A DNA stretch of 64,000 bases from an uncultured Gammaproteobacteria bacterium (lineage in GTDB: Bacteria > Patescibacteriota > Patescibacteriia > SBBC01 > CAIJZX01), in contig CAYNGY010000001.1 of the NCBI GenBank assembly GCA_964397195.1, forward strand, positions 70,586 to 134,585, written 5' to 3'. This document shows, one piece after another, positions 18,848 to 27,984 of the stretch. The position numbers and the translations under genes are program-made. The notes under the pieces are model-generated. The model worked only from the letters and a program-made list of their open reading frames with translations, ran no database searches and was not told the origin of the DNA. The stretch's first letter is position 1. Each line of letters opens with the position of its first letter.

Positions 18848-19285
18848 ATGCAAAGTGCAGTAGCCGCACCAGCCGCTCCGACGCACCGTTCGCGTCGGGA
18901 ACGACGAGTCATCGGCGCCGTCCGCTCGCCCAACGCGTATCGTCTCGCGATCGCGTCGTGTGAGTGTCACGTCCCGATGTGCGCGTGTCGCACGAAGTAC
19001 CTCAAGGCCAGGGCCATCTTGGCGCTCACCTCGCCAGGTGAGGCCGCGGAGATCGCCACGCGGTTCGGCATCAACACCGATGGTGACGATCCGCTCTCGA
19101 TCGACTATGCGATGGCCATCCTTGGCCTGAACCCGCGCGGAGTACGCGGGATCGTCGCACGGCTCCGTCGGATGCTCGAGACCAACACCCAGCCGAGTGT
19201 GCTCACGGCGGACCACGATGGCGACGCGGATCTCGACGATCTGCTCGACATCCGGGTCTTCCCCGAGCGCGTGGCCGTCGCCTGA
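18848..19285 (+). CDS. Hypothetical protein.
   Basis: SD-like GGAAGGTAGGAAG upstream. Terminator at 19355-19395. Confidence 0.4.
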   Translation: MQSAVAAPAAPTHRSRRERRVIGAVRSPNAYRLAIASCECHVPMCACRTKYLKARAILALTSPGEAAEIATRFGINTDGDDPLSIDYAMAILGLNPRGVRGIVARLRRMLETNTQPSVLTADHDGDADLDDLLDIRVFPERVAVA

Positions 19286-19354
19286 TGTCGCCCCGCGGCG
19301 TCACTCGCGCCTCCGTGCCTTCTGGTGAAGACATTCGTCCACCGCCCTTCAACG

Positions 19355-19395
19355 CCGTCGGCCCCTCCTCTGGGGCCGGCGGTTCTTCTTTTTTA
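19355..19395 (+). terminator. Intrinsic terminator GCCGGCCCC...GGGGCCGGC followed by TTCTTCTTTTTT.
   Basis: Read directly. Confidence 0.6.
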
Positions 19396-19496
19396 TCGTT
19401 CCCACGCTAGGCACCACGGCGTGTAACCTCGGTCGACTCCATATATAGACCAAAGTGACGCATCCAGCGACCCTGACCACATCGGAGGTTTCACCA

Positions 19497-19622
19497 TGTG
19501 TCGATCCCTGATCGCCTGTCTGTTCTTCCTCCTGGCCGTGCTCGTCTGTAAGGCCATCGCGGTTCGCACCCTCGCTCCCCACGTTCCTGGTGTCAGCGCC
19601 ATGGTCGTGGTTCGTCACTAGG
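19497..19622 (+). CDS. Candidate 41-aa hydrophobic small protein.
   Basis: GGAGG 7 nt upstream of the ATG. Translation MCRSLIACLFFLLAVLVCKAIAVRTLAPHVPGVSAMVVVRH. Below the 60-aa cutoff of the ORF track. Confidence 0.3.
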
Positions 19623-19732
19623 CCGATGTTCCTTCCCCACTCGTCCGGATGCCGTGACACGGCGCCGCATCCGGCTATCTTCCGAACTGATGAGCGACAC
19701 CTCGTCGGTTCAGAAGATGGACGCGAGCGAAG

Positions 19733-19761
19733 TTGACAAAGAAAACAGAAAAACGTATAGT
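19733..19761 (+). promoter_or_regulatory. Consensus-like sigma70 promoter upstream of nusA: TTGACA, 17-nt spacer, TATAGT.
   Basis: Read directly. Confidence 0.6.
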
Positions 19762-19825
19762 CTGCATAGCTAGTTCTTGACTGAACTGGTTTTTGTTTTA
19801 TTCGTTAGGTCTAACTCCTACGCTC

Positions 19826-21172
19826 ATGGCCGAATCCTCCGCACTTAAGGCGGCAATTGAAGAAATCTGCCAGGAAAAGAATATTCCGTACGACTCGGTG
19901 ATCGAAACGATCGAGGCGGCCTTGGCCGTGGCGTATCGGAAAGATTTTGGCCAGCCGAACGAAAACATTGTCGTCGAGTTCGACCCGGAAACAGCCGTCA
20001 GTAAAATTTTTGATGTCAAAACCGTTGTCTCTGACGAACTGAAAGCCGAGTATGACGCTGAGATGGCCAAGCGCGCCGAACTCGAAGCGGAAGGGAAGCT
20101 CGAAGAGTATCTTGAGCAAAAGCGTCAGGACGAAGAAGCGAAGCGCGCCGAGTTGCCGGAAGGGACGCCGATGATGAAAGACGAACGGTACGACCCGCGA
20201 AAGCATGTCGCGTTGACGGAAGCCCGGCAGGCGAATGACGCGCTCAGTGTCGGTGAAGAAATTCGTACGACCCTGCCCGTTCCGGATGGGTATGGACGAG
20301 TGGCCGCGCAAACAGCCAAGCAGGTGATTATTCAGCGTATTCGCGAGGCCGAGCGTGACATTATCTATCGCCAGTACAAAGGTCGCGAGGGCGAAGTCCT
20401 GACCGCGATGGTCCAACGCGTTGAAGGACGAATGGTCCTGATCGATCTCGGTCAGGGAACGGCGATTATGCCGCCGTCAGAACAGGCGCCACGCGAGAAC
20501 TACCGTCCGGGAGATCGCATCAAAGTATTCCTCGTCGCGGTGAACATGACCCCGAAGGGTCCGGAAATAGTTGTCTCCCGTGCCCATCCAGAAATGGTCC
20601 GCCATCTCTTTATGGTTGAGGTGCCGGAATTGCAAAATGGTTCCGTCGAGATTAAGGGTATTGCTCGGGAAGCCGGGCTGCGGACGAAACTCGCCGTGAC
20701 CTCGGAAGCGAAAAATATTGATCCGGTTGGGTCGCTCGTCGGCCAGCGCGGTACTCGGGTGCAAACGGTGATTACCGAACTCGGTGGTGAAAAAATTGAT
20801 ATTATCGAATGGTCTGATGATGCCGTGAAGTTCATCGGCGCCGCCCTCTCCCCGGCCAAGGTGATTTCCATTAAACTCGATGAAGAACACCGCGCCGCAA
20901 CCGTTGAAGTCAAAGATGATCAGTTGTCGCTGGCGATCGGAAAATCAGGTCAGAATGTCCGTTTAGCCTCGAAGTTGACCGGGTGGAAAATCGACCTGGT
21001 CGGTGAATCGGGTGAGCGCCCGTCTCCAGACGCTGAATTGGCCATCCCGGAAACTCCGGTTGCAACTGAAACGCCGACTGCCGATACCGTTGAGCCAGCC
21101 ACTGAAGCACCAACCGAGCCGGCTGAACCTGACGCGACCGAAAAACCTGCCGACGAAACATCGGCCTCCTAA
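19826..21172 (+). CDS. nusA: Transcription termination/antitermination factor NusA, with an insertion in the N-terminal domain and an acidic Pro/Thr/Glu C-terminal tail.
   Basis: N-terminal domain, S1 domain, and two KH domains (GQRGTRVQTVITELGGEKIDII; IGKSGQNVRLASKLTGWKIDL). Confidence 0.9.
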   Translation: MAESSALKAAIEEICQEKNIPYDSVIETIEAALAVAYRKDFGQPNENIVVEFDPETAVSKIFDVKTVVSDELKAEYDAEMAKRAELEAEGKLEEYLEQKRQDEEAKRAELPEGTPMMKDERYDPRKHVALTEARQANDALSVGEEIRTTLPVPDGYGRVAAQTAKQVIIQRIREAERDIIYRQYKGREGEVLTAMVQRVEGRMVLIDLGQGTAIMPPSEQAPRENYRPGDRIKVFLVAVNMTPKGPEIVVSRAHPEMVRHLFMVEVPELQNGSVEIKGIAREAGLRTKLAVTSEAKNIDPVGSLVGQRGTRVQTVITELGGEKIDIIEWSDDAVKFIGAALSPAKVISIKLDEEHRAATVEVKDDQLSLAIGKSGQNVRLASKLTGWKIDLVGESGERPSPDAELAIPETPVATETPTADTVEPATEAPTEPAEPDATEKPADETSAS

Positions 21173-21214
21173 CGTTACTTTATTCACTAACTCATCAGTA
21201 AAAAAGTATTCTGT

Positions 21215-23287
21215 ATGGGATATCTGTACTTCACGCTCGGCGTGAGTGTCCTCGGACTCGCCATGACCTGGGTCATGACGCATCTCGTGACACGCGCACC
21301 TGCAGCGAATGAGGCGATGGAGAAAGTTGCCAAGGCCATTCGGTCCGGGGCAAACGCTTTCCTCAAACGCCAATACACGACCGTCGGCATCATCGCCGCC
21401 GCTGTTGCTGTTCTCATCTTCGTCGTCTACTGGGCGACCGGTGATCACACGACGGCTTGGCAAACGTCGACATCATTTATTCTCGGGGCGGTCGCCTCAG
21501 GAATTGCCGGCTACGTCGGAATGGCCATCGCCGTTCGGGCCAATGCCAAAGTGGCGGCTCAGGCCGACCGCAAAAACCTCAGCGGCGCATTAACTATCGC
21601 CCTCCGCGGCGGTGCTGTTGAAGGTATTTTAGTGACCTCGCTGTCACTGTTGGGTATTTCTACCCTCTTTTTCGTTTACGAAAAGTTCCTCGGCTATTCA
21701 GTCCAAGATATTCCGGGGGCAATCGTCGGATTCGGTTTCGGGGCCTCGCTCGTGGCACTCTTTGCGCAACTTGGTGGCGGAATTTACACCAAGGCTGCTG
21801 ATGTCGGGGCTGACCTCGTCGGAAAAGTGGAAGCCGGTATTCCGGAAGATGACCCGCGCAACCCGGCCGTCATCGCCGACCTCGTCGGTGATAACGTCGG
21901 TGACTGCGCCGGTCGTGGTGCCGACCTGTTTGAATCAACCGCCGCTGAAAACATCGGCGCCATGATTCTCGGTGTCGCGCTGTATCCGACCTTCGGTCTG
22001 AAAGGTATCATGTTCCCGCTCGTGATTCGCGCCTTCGGCACCATCGCCTCGATTATCGGTGTTCTGTTTGTGCGCGGACGAAAAGATGAAGATCCGATGA
22101 AAGCGCTAAACCGCGGGTTCTACCTGACGGTCTTCCTCGGCGCAATCGCCTTCTTCTTCGTCTCGAAAATCATGTTCGGTGCCGAACATTATCTCTGGTT
22201 CTTCGGCGCCGGTGCGGTCGGGATGGTCTTAAGCATTGCCTTCCTGTGGCTGACCCAATACTACACGGAATATAAGTATGGTCCGGTGAAGAGCATTGCT
22301 CGCGCCTCAGAAACCGGTCCAGCGACGAACATCATCGCCGGTCTGGCGGTTGGGTTCGAAAACGTTGCTCCGGCGGTCATTGCGATTACCCTTGGTCTCT
22401 GGGGATCATTCACCTTGGGTGAAAAGTCCGGGATCGAGAACGGCGGCCTCTACGGGACCGCAGTCGCGACCATGGGAATGTTGGTCAGTGCGCTGTACGT
22501 CTTAGCGATGGACACGTTTGGCCCGATCACCGACAACGCCGGTGGAATTGCCGAAATGTCGAAAGCCTCAGAAGAGACTCGCGCCATCACCGATAAACTC
22601 GATGCGGTTGGAAATACGACTAAGGCCTTAACGAAGGGATATGCGGTTGGTTCCGCTGCCCTGGCCGCCTTCTTGCTCTTCTCGGCTTACCTCGAAGAGG
22701 TTCACCTCAAAGTTGTCGACTTGGCCAAGGTTGAAGTCTTCATTGGTGCCTTTATCGGCGCGATGTTGGTCTTCTACTTCTCGGCACTCGCGATCAAGGC
22801 CGTCGGCAAGACCGCAGGCTACATCATCGAAGAAGTTCGCCGACAATTCCGGGAAAATCCGGGCATCATGGCCGGCACATCTGAGCCGGATTACAGCAAA
22901 GCGGTCGACATTACGACCCGCGGCGCCTTAAAAAACATGGTCCTGCCGGGCGTCGTCGCTATTGCCGTCCCGATCCTTGTTGGGGTCGTCCTGAAAGCCG
23001 AAGCGGCGGCCGGGATGTTGATGGTCGGCACAATTGCCGGTGTCATTCTCGCCTTGTTCATGAACAACGCCGGTGGCGCGTGGGACAACGCCAAGAAATA
23101 TGTCGAAACTGGTGAGTTCAAAGATAGCCATGGAAATGTGCAGGGCAAGAAGACTGCCGTCCATGCCGCCAGTGTCGTCGGTGACACGGTTGGTGATCCG
23201 TTCAAGGACACTGCCGGTCCGTCACTCCACGTGTTAATTAAGTTGCTCGCAACATTAACATTAGTTCTCGCGCCGTTGTTCATGTAA
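21215..23287 (+). CDS. hppA: Membrane-bound proton/sodium-translocating pyrophosphatase.
   Basis: 690 aa, about 16 TM segments. GDNVGDCAGRGADLFES and DNAGGIAEM signatures. Confidence 0.95.
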   Translation: MGYLYFTLGVSVLGLAMTWVMTHLVTRAPAANEAMEKVAKAIRSGANAFLKRQYTTVGIIAAAVAVLIFVVYWATGDHTTAWQTSTSFILGAVASGIAGYVGMAIAVRANAKVAAQADRKNLSGALTIALRGGAVEGILVTSLSLLGISTLFFVYEKFLGYSVQDIPGAIVGFGFGASLVALFAQLGGGIYTKAADVGADLVGKVEAGIPEDDPRNPAVIADLVGDNVGDCAGRGADLFESTAAENIGAMILGVALYPTFGLKGIMFPLVIRAFGTIASIIGVLFVRGRKDEDPMKALNRGFYLTVFLGAIAFFFVSKIMFGAEHYLWFFGAGAVGMVLSIAFLWLTQYYTEYKYGPVKSIARASETGPATNIIAGLAVGFENVAPAVIAITLGLWGSFTLGEKSGIENGGLYGTAVATMGMLVSALYVLAMDTFGPITDNAGGIAEMSKASEETRAITDKLDAVGNTTKALTKGYAVGSAALAAFLLFSAYLEEVHLKVVDLAKVEVFIGAFIGAMLVFYFSALAIKAVGKTAGYIIEEVRRQFRENPGIMAGTSEPDYSKAVDITTRGALKNMVLPGVVAIAVPILVGVVLKAEAAAGMLMVGTIAGVILALFMNNAGGAWDNAKKYVETGEFKDSHGNVQGKKTAVHAASVVGDTVGDPFKDTAGPSLHVLIKLLATLTLVLAPLFM

Positions 23288-23304
23288 AACGTTCGTGAGA
23301 AAAA

Positions 23305-23331
23305 CAGCCCCGCCGTAGCGGGGCTGTTTTG
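23305..23331 (+). terminator. Intrinsic terminator CAGCCCCGC-CGTA-GCGGGGCTG followed by TTTT.
   Basis: Read directly, 18 nt after the hppA stop. Confidence 0.8.
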
Positions 23332-23354
23332 ATGGTAAACGTAGGGCGTTTAGT

Positions 23355-24275
23355 TTAGGCGTCGCCTCCCTCGAGGGGGATTTGGGAGTTGGAGCGTGAC
23401 ATGCGTCGACCGAGATCACTGGCAAATTGATCATGATGTTCAACGAAGGCAGAAATAATACGTTGTGCCTCCTCGATATCGGTTCGCCGGGCATGTTCGT
23501 GGTCAGTATGCGGGTCAGCGATCGGTACCTCAACAGATAAAACACCGACGTTGGGAAGAAATGTAAATTCTATTGAATCATTCGGCCCGCCTTCGATGTA
23601 GTTCGCATGGAGTCCTTGTTCTTTCAAAATATGGGCCGCGTCTTTAATTGGACCGGTCGGGTATGGGAAACCTGCCTGTCCGGGGGGCGTGCTCGACATG
23701 TAGATGGCGGCACCGGTCCCGGGCTTTGTTTTTGAGGTTACATCAAGATTTATAACTACGCGTGGCCGTTCTTCCAGCTCAAATATGTCGTCTACAGCTT
23801 GGCGCGCACCAGCATTGAAGGTGTCCCCGGGTTTCAGGCGCCATGCCATTTTCTTATCGCCCTCTGGGGAGATAACCTCGTGTTCACTTTCTTCTTCGAC
23901 CGTAAAGACGACTGATGGCCGTCGTCCGCTCTGGAAAACATTCATAGCCAGCGCCACACCCAGCGCATCATCAAGTCGCCCGGTCACAGAGTCATCAGTG
24001 CTTTCGAGGGTTCTGCCGGCCCCGACCTTATCCATGTGTGCCACCAATAATATCTTACCCTCCGGTTCTTCAGATCGTACCCAGACATTCCCAGCCGCGT
24101 CTCGCTCCGTTCGTACGTTCAAGTCGAGCAAGCGTTGCTCTATATATGTCGCCACCAGATGTTCCTGTGTAGAGGGGCTTTCAATGGCGGAAAGAGCCGC
24201 GAGGTCCTGGAGTACAGTTCGCCACTGAATCTCAGCGTAGCGTTCTAGTTGAGAGTCGGGAGAAAACTCGTTCAT
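23355..24275 (-). CDS. M42/M28-like metallopeptidase (aminopeptidase family).
   Basis: LLVAHMDKVG metal-binding motif. Roughly 300 aa. Confidence 0.55.
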   Translation of the reverse strand: MNEFSPDSQLERYAEIQWRTVLQDLAALSAIESPSTQEHLVATYIEQRLLDLNVRTERDAAGNVWVRSEEPEGKILLVAHMDKVGAGRTLESTDDSVTGRLDDALGVALAMNVFQSGRRPSVVFTVEEESEHEVISPEGDKKMAWRLKPGDTFNAGARQAVDDIFELEERPRVVINLDVTSKTKPGTGAAIYMSSTPPGQAGFPYPTGPIKDAAHILKEQGLHANYIEGGPNDSIEFTFLPNVGVLSVEVPIADPHTDHEHARRTDIEEAQRIISAFVEHHDQFASDLGRRMSRSNSQIPLEGGDA

Positions 24276-25069
24276 GGCTTTGCGTCTGTCAGAATGTACG
24301 TATATGGGACGGTTCGTTGAGGCCCTAGTTCGTGTTTAAAGGCGGCAATGCCGGGCTCATGAACACCGCTTCCAAGCGTACACTCCGTTGTTTTGGGAAA
24401 AAGCTTCGCCCGTTCAAATTGGAGAAAGCGGCTTAAGCCTGGGTACGAGTAGTCAGCCTTTGCTTCAAGTCCAACCCAGTGTTTTGCATCAACGGAATAA
24501 CCCCAGGCAAAGCCAACAAGATGTTGTTGAACTTCAACATATACCTGTCGAATGGCATAGCGACTTAAACGGTCGAGGCAGTACTGAAAAAAATCCTCGC
24601 TTTCTTGAAAAACAATTCCATTTCGACTTTTTTGTTTTTTCCAACGTCGGTAGAACGCAAGAATCTTTTTCTTCGGATATCTTGGGCGTAACGTGTATGC
24701 TGTATGCTTTGTGAAGCGGTGGATCTTCTGTAGTAAATCCCCCGATGGATTTTGAAAGTGTCGAGGATCATAGTAGTACTCCTCGGCAAAGGGTTTTTCG
24801 ACGAGAATCGGGATACCTTCCGCGCGAATGGCCGCTATCTCGTTGGGGGTCGCAAACCCTATAGACGCGCGTTCCCAGTTAATCTTCTTTCGGGGGAGAG
24901 TCAGGGCGGGCCATTCGTGGGGAAAGAGCAAGTCCTGGAGAACAATAATTTCTTCTTGATGGCGCGGAAAAACATAGGCGGCAAAGTCGAGGTACGGCCG
25001 ACAGGTGAGATATGAAAAACGTAATTTCTTTACAAACTGTGGTGAGGTGTGACTTAAAAACTTTTTCAT
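24272..25069 (-). CDS. Hypothetical protein, possibly GNAT-fold acyl/aminoacyl-transferase-like. Sits in a low-GC patch.
   Basis: ORF 24272..25138. Start chosen at MKKFLSH. Composition is distinct from the neighbours. Confidence 0.4.
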   Translation of the reverse strand: MKKFLSHTSPQFVKKLRFSYLTCRPYLDFAAYVFPRHQEEIIVLQDLLFPHEWPALTLPRKKINWERASIGFATPNEIAAIRAEGIPILVEKPFAEEYYYDPRHFQNPSGDLLQKIHRFTKHTAYTLRPRYPKKKILAFYRRWKKQKSRNGIVFQESEDFFQYCLDRLSRYAIRQVYVEVQQHLVGFAWGYSVDAKHWVGLEAKADYSYPGLSRFLQFERAKLFPKTTECTLGSGVHEPGIAAFKHELGPQRTVPYTYILTDAKP

Positions 25070-25121
25070 ATAGACGCCGATACTAACTATACCACCCTTC
25101 TCATTAGGCCACCATCTCGGC

Positions 25122-25150
25122 TTGACACCAAAAGTCACCTCTTGTATACC
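25122..25150 (+). promoter_or_regulatory. Sigma70-like promoter: TTGACA, 17-nt spacer, TATACC.
   Basis: Read directly upstream of the small basic ORF. Confidence 0.45.
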
Positions 25151-25212
25151 AATAACGTATCAGCGAACGTCGCTGATATTTTGTTCCCATCGTGCATCAC
25201 GGAGGAGCACCG

Positions 25213-25416
25213 ATGTCGAGTTCCTGGAACCCCTGGAGTAGCGGTTGGACGCTGCCAACCACCCAGCCGCATGGTACGCCCCGCGGGTCGGCCACGAACA
25301 GGAATCGGCGGAAGGCCGCCAAGCGGCGTGCGAACCGCCATCACGGTCGCGAGGTCCACAACGGCGTGGTCGTCCACGTCACCCCGTCGACGCGCGCGTT
25401 CCCCGGCTTCGGCTAG
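25213..25416 (+). CDS. 67-aa Lys/Arg-rich small protein (MSSSWNPWSSGW...NRNRRKAAKRRANRHHGRE...).
   Basis: GGAGGAG 6 nt upstream. Its own promoter and terminator. Confidence 0.45.
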   Translation: MSSSWNPWSSGWTLPTTQPHGTPRGSATNRNRRKAAKRRANRHHGREVHNGVVVHVTPSTRAFPGFG

Positions 25417-25460
25417 GCCGCACCGTCCATCGTCGTCAGCCTGAGTGCTGATCACGATTC

Positions 25461-25491
25461 GTCCGCCTGTCCCCCGGGGCGGACGTTTTTT
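25461..25491 (+). terminator. Intrinsic terminator GTCCGCC...GGCGGAC followed by TTTTTT.
   Basis: Read directly. Confidence 0.6.
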
Positions 25492-25543
25492 AATACAAAA
25501 ATCCGCCTCGGCCCATCGCGGAGGATGGGCAGAAGCGGGCGGA

Positions 25544-25915
25544 TCACGTCGTAGCATACTGCCGTGCGGGCCAGCGATGCGCGAGCGCGTAGCAGTAGAC
25601 GACATGTCCGATGACGAGGAGCGCGGCGAGCAGTCCGGTGCCGGTCATGGGCCAGCCGTCGATGAACGACAGGATGGCGTAGGTCACGGCCGTGATCAGC
25701 GTGAGGACGAGGGTGAAGCCCCCGGTCCCGTTCTTGTAGGCGTCCATCACACCGACGCAGCTGCAGATGATGAAGGCGATCAGCCAGAGTAGGTGAAGCG
25801 GATCGGCCGAGTGTTCACCGCAGACACGAATCGGCCAAAGGACCTGGCTGGCGTTGAGTACCGCCAGGGCGCACATGGCTACCAACAGGAGTCTGAAGAG
25901 CGGACGCACGGACAT
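25544..25915 (-). CDS. Small polytopic membrane protein.
   Basis: Four hydrophobic segments. AGGAGG adjacent to the start region. Confidence 0.4.
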   Translation of the reverse strand: MSVRPLFRLLLVAMCALAVLNASQVLWPIRVCGEHSADPLHLLWLIAFIICSCVGVMDAYKNGTGGFTLVLTLITAVTYAILSFIDGWPMTGTGLLAALLVIGHVVYCYALAHRWPARQYATT

Positions 25916-26008
25916 CCTCCTTGAGTCGTCGGCAGGCCGGCGACGGCCTCGGAACAGAAAATACAGCGTGAGCAAAGCTCGATTCCATCAAGCGCCTTTT
26001 TCTGACAA

Positions 26009-27346
26009 TTGTCAATACATCGGCTATACTGTCGAAGTATGTCGGTACCATATCCGTCCCTCCGTTGGTGGCTTCTGCCGTTCATCCGCTCACGGATTTG
26101 GACCATCCGTGGTCGTGAAAACCTTCCTTCATCCGGCGGATACATTTTAGCGCCAAATCACCAAGCCTGGGCTGACTCACCCATTGTGGCCGCCGCGGTC
26201 TATCGCCGACTGCAGAAAGAATTACGGTTTGTGTCGATGTCCGGAAAGTACGGTGGCTTTGGGACGCTCGTCATTGACCCAAATAATCGACAAACCGTGA
26301 TTGATGCCGCCGTTCAGGCGCTCGAAGCGGGCCATCCGGTCGTGATATTCCCGGAAGGAAACTCGAACGGGAATCCTGAGCTCCGTGTCGGAAAAACGGG
26401 CGTGGCGCGATTAGCGCATCGCACCGGCTGTCCGGTGATTCCGGTCGGCGTGAAAGGGACGCGTGGGGTAAAGCCTTGGACAAGCGCGGCCTGGTTTTTC
26501 TCGTGGTGGCGCCCGTGTCATATTACCTTCGGTGCGCCATTGCAGTTTGAAAAACGCGAACTGACGGGTCATGACGATCAACTCCTTGAAGCGACCACGA
26601 CGACCATCATGAGTTGTATTAGTACGTTGTCCGGAAAACCGATGCCTGGCCAGGGTCCAAGCCTCGAGCGTCGGGGGGTGGCTTGGTATTTTGTTTGGCG
26701 CGTGGTTCGTCCATTATTCCAGTGGCGTGTCCGGATTTCTGGTCAGCAGTACTTACCCGAGACCGGTCCGTATATTCTCGCGGCAAATCATCAATCGTAT
26801 TTTGACGCTCCGGCGCTGTCGATGGCCGCCTTCCATATCTCTGGCGTCCAACCGATGTACCCAACCAAGCAAACGGTCAGCGACGCCTTCCGACGAGTTG
26901 GTGGGGGCGGGCTGATGGCCATGTTGGGGATGATTCCACTGGATAATACCAATAAGGCCCAGGTGCTCGACCGAGCGATAGCACATCTGCGGCACGGCGG
27001 GGTGGTGGGAATTTTCCCGGAAGGGATGCGCAATAAGCCGTCAGTCAATCCAAATTGGCGAACAGAGATGCTCGTCGGAAAAACCGGCGCGGTGCGGCTG
27101 ATGTTGGCGACCGGTGCGCCGATTATCCCGGTGACAATTTCCGCCCCGCGCGGCATCAGCATACTGGAAACAATACTCAACACGCTGGCGGTCTGGAAAT
27201 TCATCCGCATTCAGATTGGCGCGCCAATCGTTTTTTCATCGCGCCCATCTTCACCGCCCACCCGAGAAGAACTACGTACCTTGACGACCGTGCTGATGCA
27301 ACACATTGCCGAACAATCAGGAATGACGTACCCTCATTCCGTATGA
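26009..27346 (+). CDS. Tandem-duplicated lysophospholipid acyltransferase (two PlsC/LPLAT domains in one polypeptide).
   Basis: Two HX4D motifs (APNHQAWADS, AANHQSYFDAP) and two FPEG motifs. Confidence 0.75.
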   Translation: MSIHRLYCRSMSVPYPSLRWWLLPFIRSRIWTIRGRENLPSSGGYILAPNHQAWADSPIVAAAVYRRLQKELRFVSMSGKYGGFGTLVIDPNNRQTVIDAAVQALEAGHPVVIFPEGNSNGNPELRVGKTGVARLAHRTGCPVIPVGVKGTRGVKPWTSAAWFFSWWRPCHITFGAPLQFEKRELTGHDDQLLEATTTTIMSCISTLSGKPMPGQGPSLERRGVAWYFVWRVVRPLFQWRVRISGQQYLPETGPYILAANHQSYFDAPALSMAAFHISGVQPMYPTKQTVSDAFRRVGGGGLMAMLGMIPLDNTNKAQVLDRAIAHLRHGGVVGIFPEGMRNKPSVNPNWRTEMLVGKTGAVRLMLATGAPIIPVTISAPRGISILETILNTLAVWKFIRIQIGAPIVFSSRPSSPPTREELRTLTTVLMQHIAEQSGMTYPHSV

Positions 27347-27948
27347 TCTACACACTCCTGCGGTCGATCCTATTGCCGCGGTTTATCCCGCATTTGTCCA
27401 TCACCGGTCAAGAACACATCCCGACAACCGGCGCCTGCATTCTCGCGCCGAACCATGTTGATTGGCTGGATGGGTTTTATGTCAGCGCCGCGATCCAGCT
27501 TGTGCGCCGCGATTCGGTCAAGTTTTTGACCGCCTCGAATAATTATTGGTGGACAGGGGTGGCGATCCAAATCCCACTCTTCCGTAGTTCTATCGTCGAC
27601 CGGGCCGTTCGTGAGTTCACACGCGGAGCGATCGTCGCAAATTTCCCCGAAGGCCAGCGCAATCATACGGCCACGCTGACGGAAGGAAAAACCGGGACGG
27701 TCCGCATGGCGGCCCTAGCCGCAGTGCCGGTCATTCCGGTCGGGATTCGCTGTACCCCGCATGATACGTTTCGCCAAGCCTGGAGGGAACTATCGAACCC
27801 GGAATATCAGGTGGCAATCTCATTCGGTCAGCCCTTGACGTTTACCCGATCCGCAGAAACGATCACTCACGAGTGGCTCAAGGCGGAAACCCATCGTCTG
27901 ATGAGTGCTATTTCGCCTCTGGCCGGGAAGGCCACTTCCGCCGTATAA
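27343..27948 (+). CDS. Third PlsC-family acyltransferase.
   Basis: ATGA overlap with the upstream gene. APNHVDWLDG and FPEGQRN motifs. Confidence 0.75.
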   Translation: MIYTLLRSILLPRFIPHLSITGQEHIPTTGACILAPNHVDWLDGFYVSAAIQLVRRDSVKFLTASNNYWWTGVAIQIPLFRSSIVDRAVREFTRGAIVANFPEGQRNHTATLTEGKTGTVRMAALAAVPVIPVGIRCTPHDTFRQAWRELSNPEYQVAISFGQPLTFTRSAETITHEWLKAETHRLMSAISPLAGKATSAV

Positions 27949-27984
27949 TAGAGACACCGAGTATTTCATTGGTAGCCTCAACGT

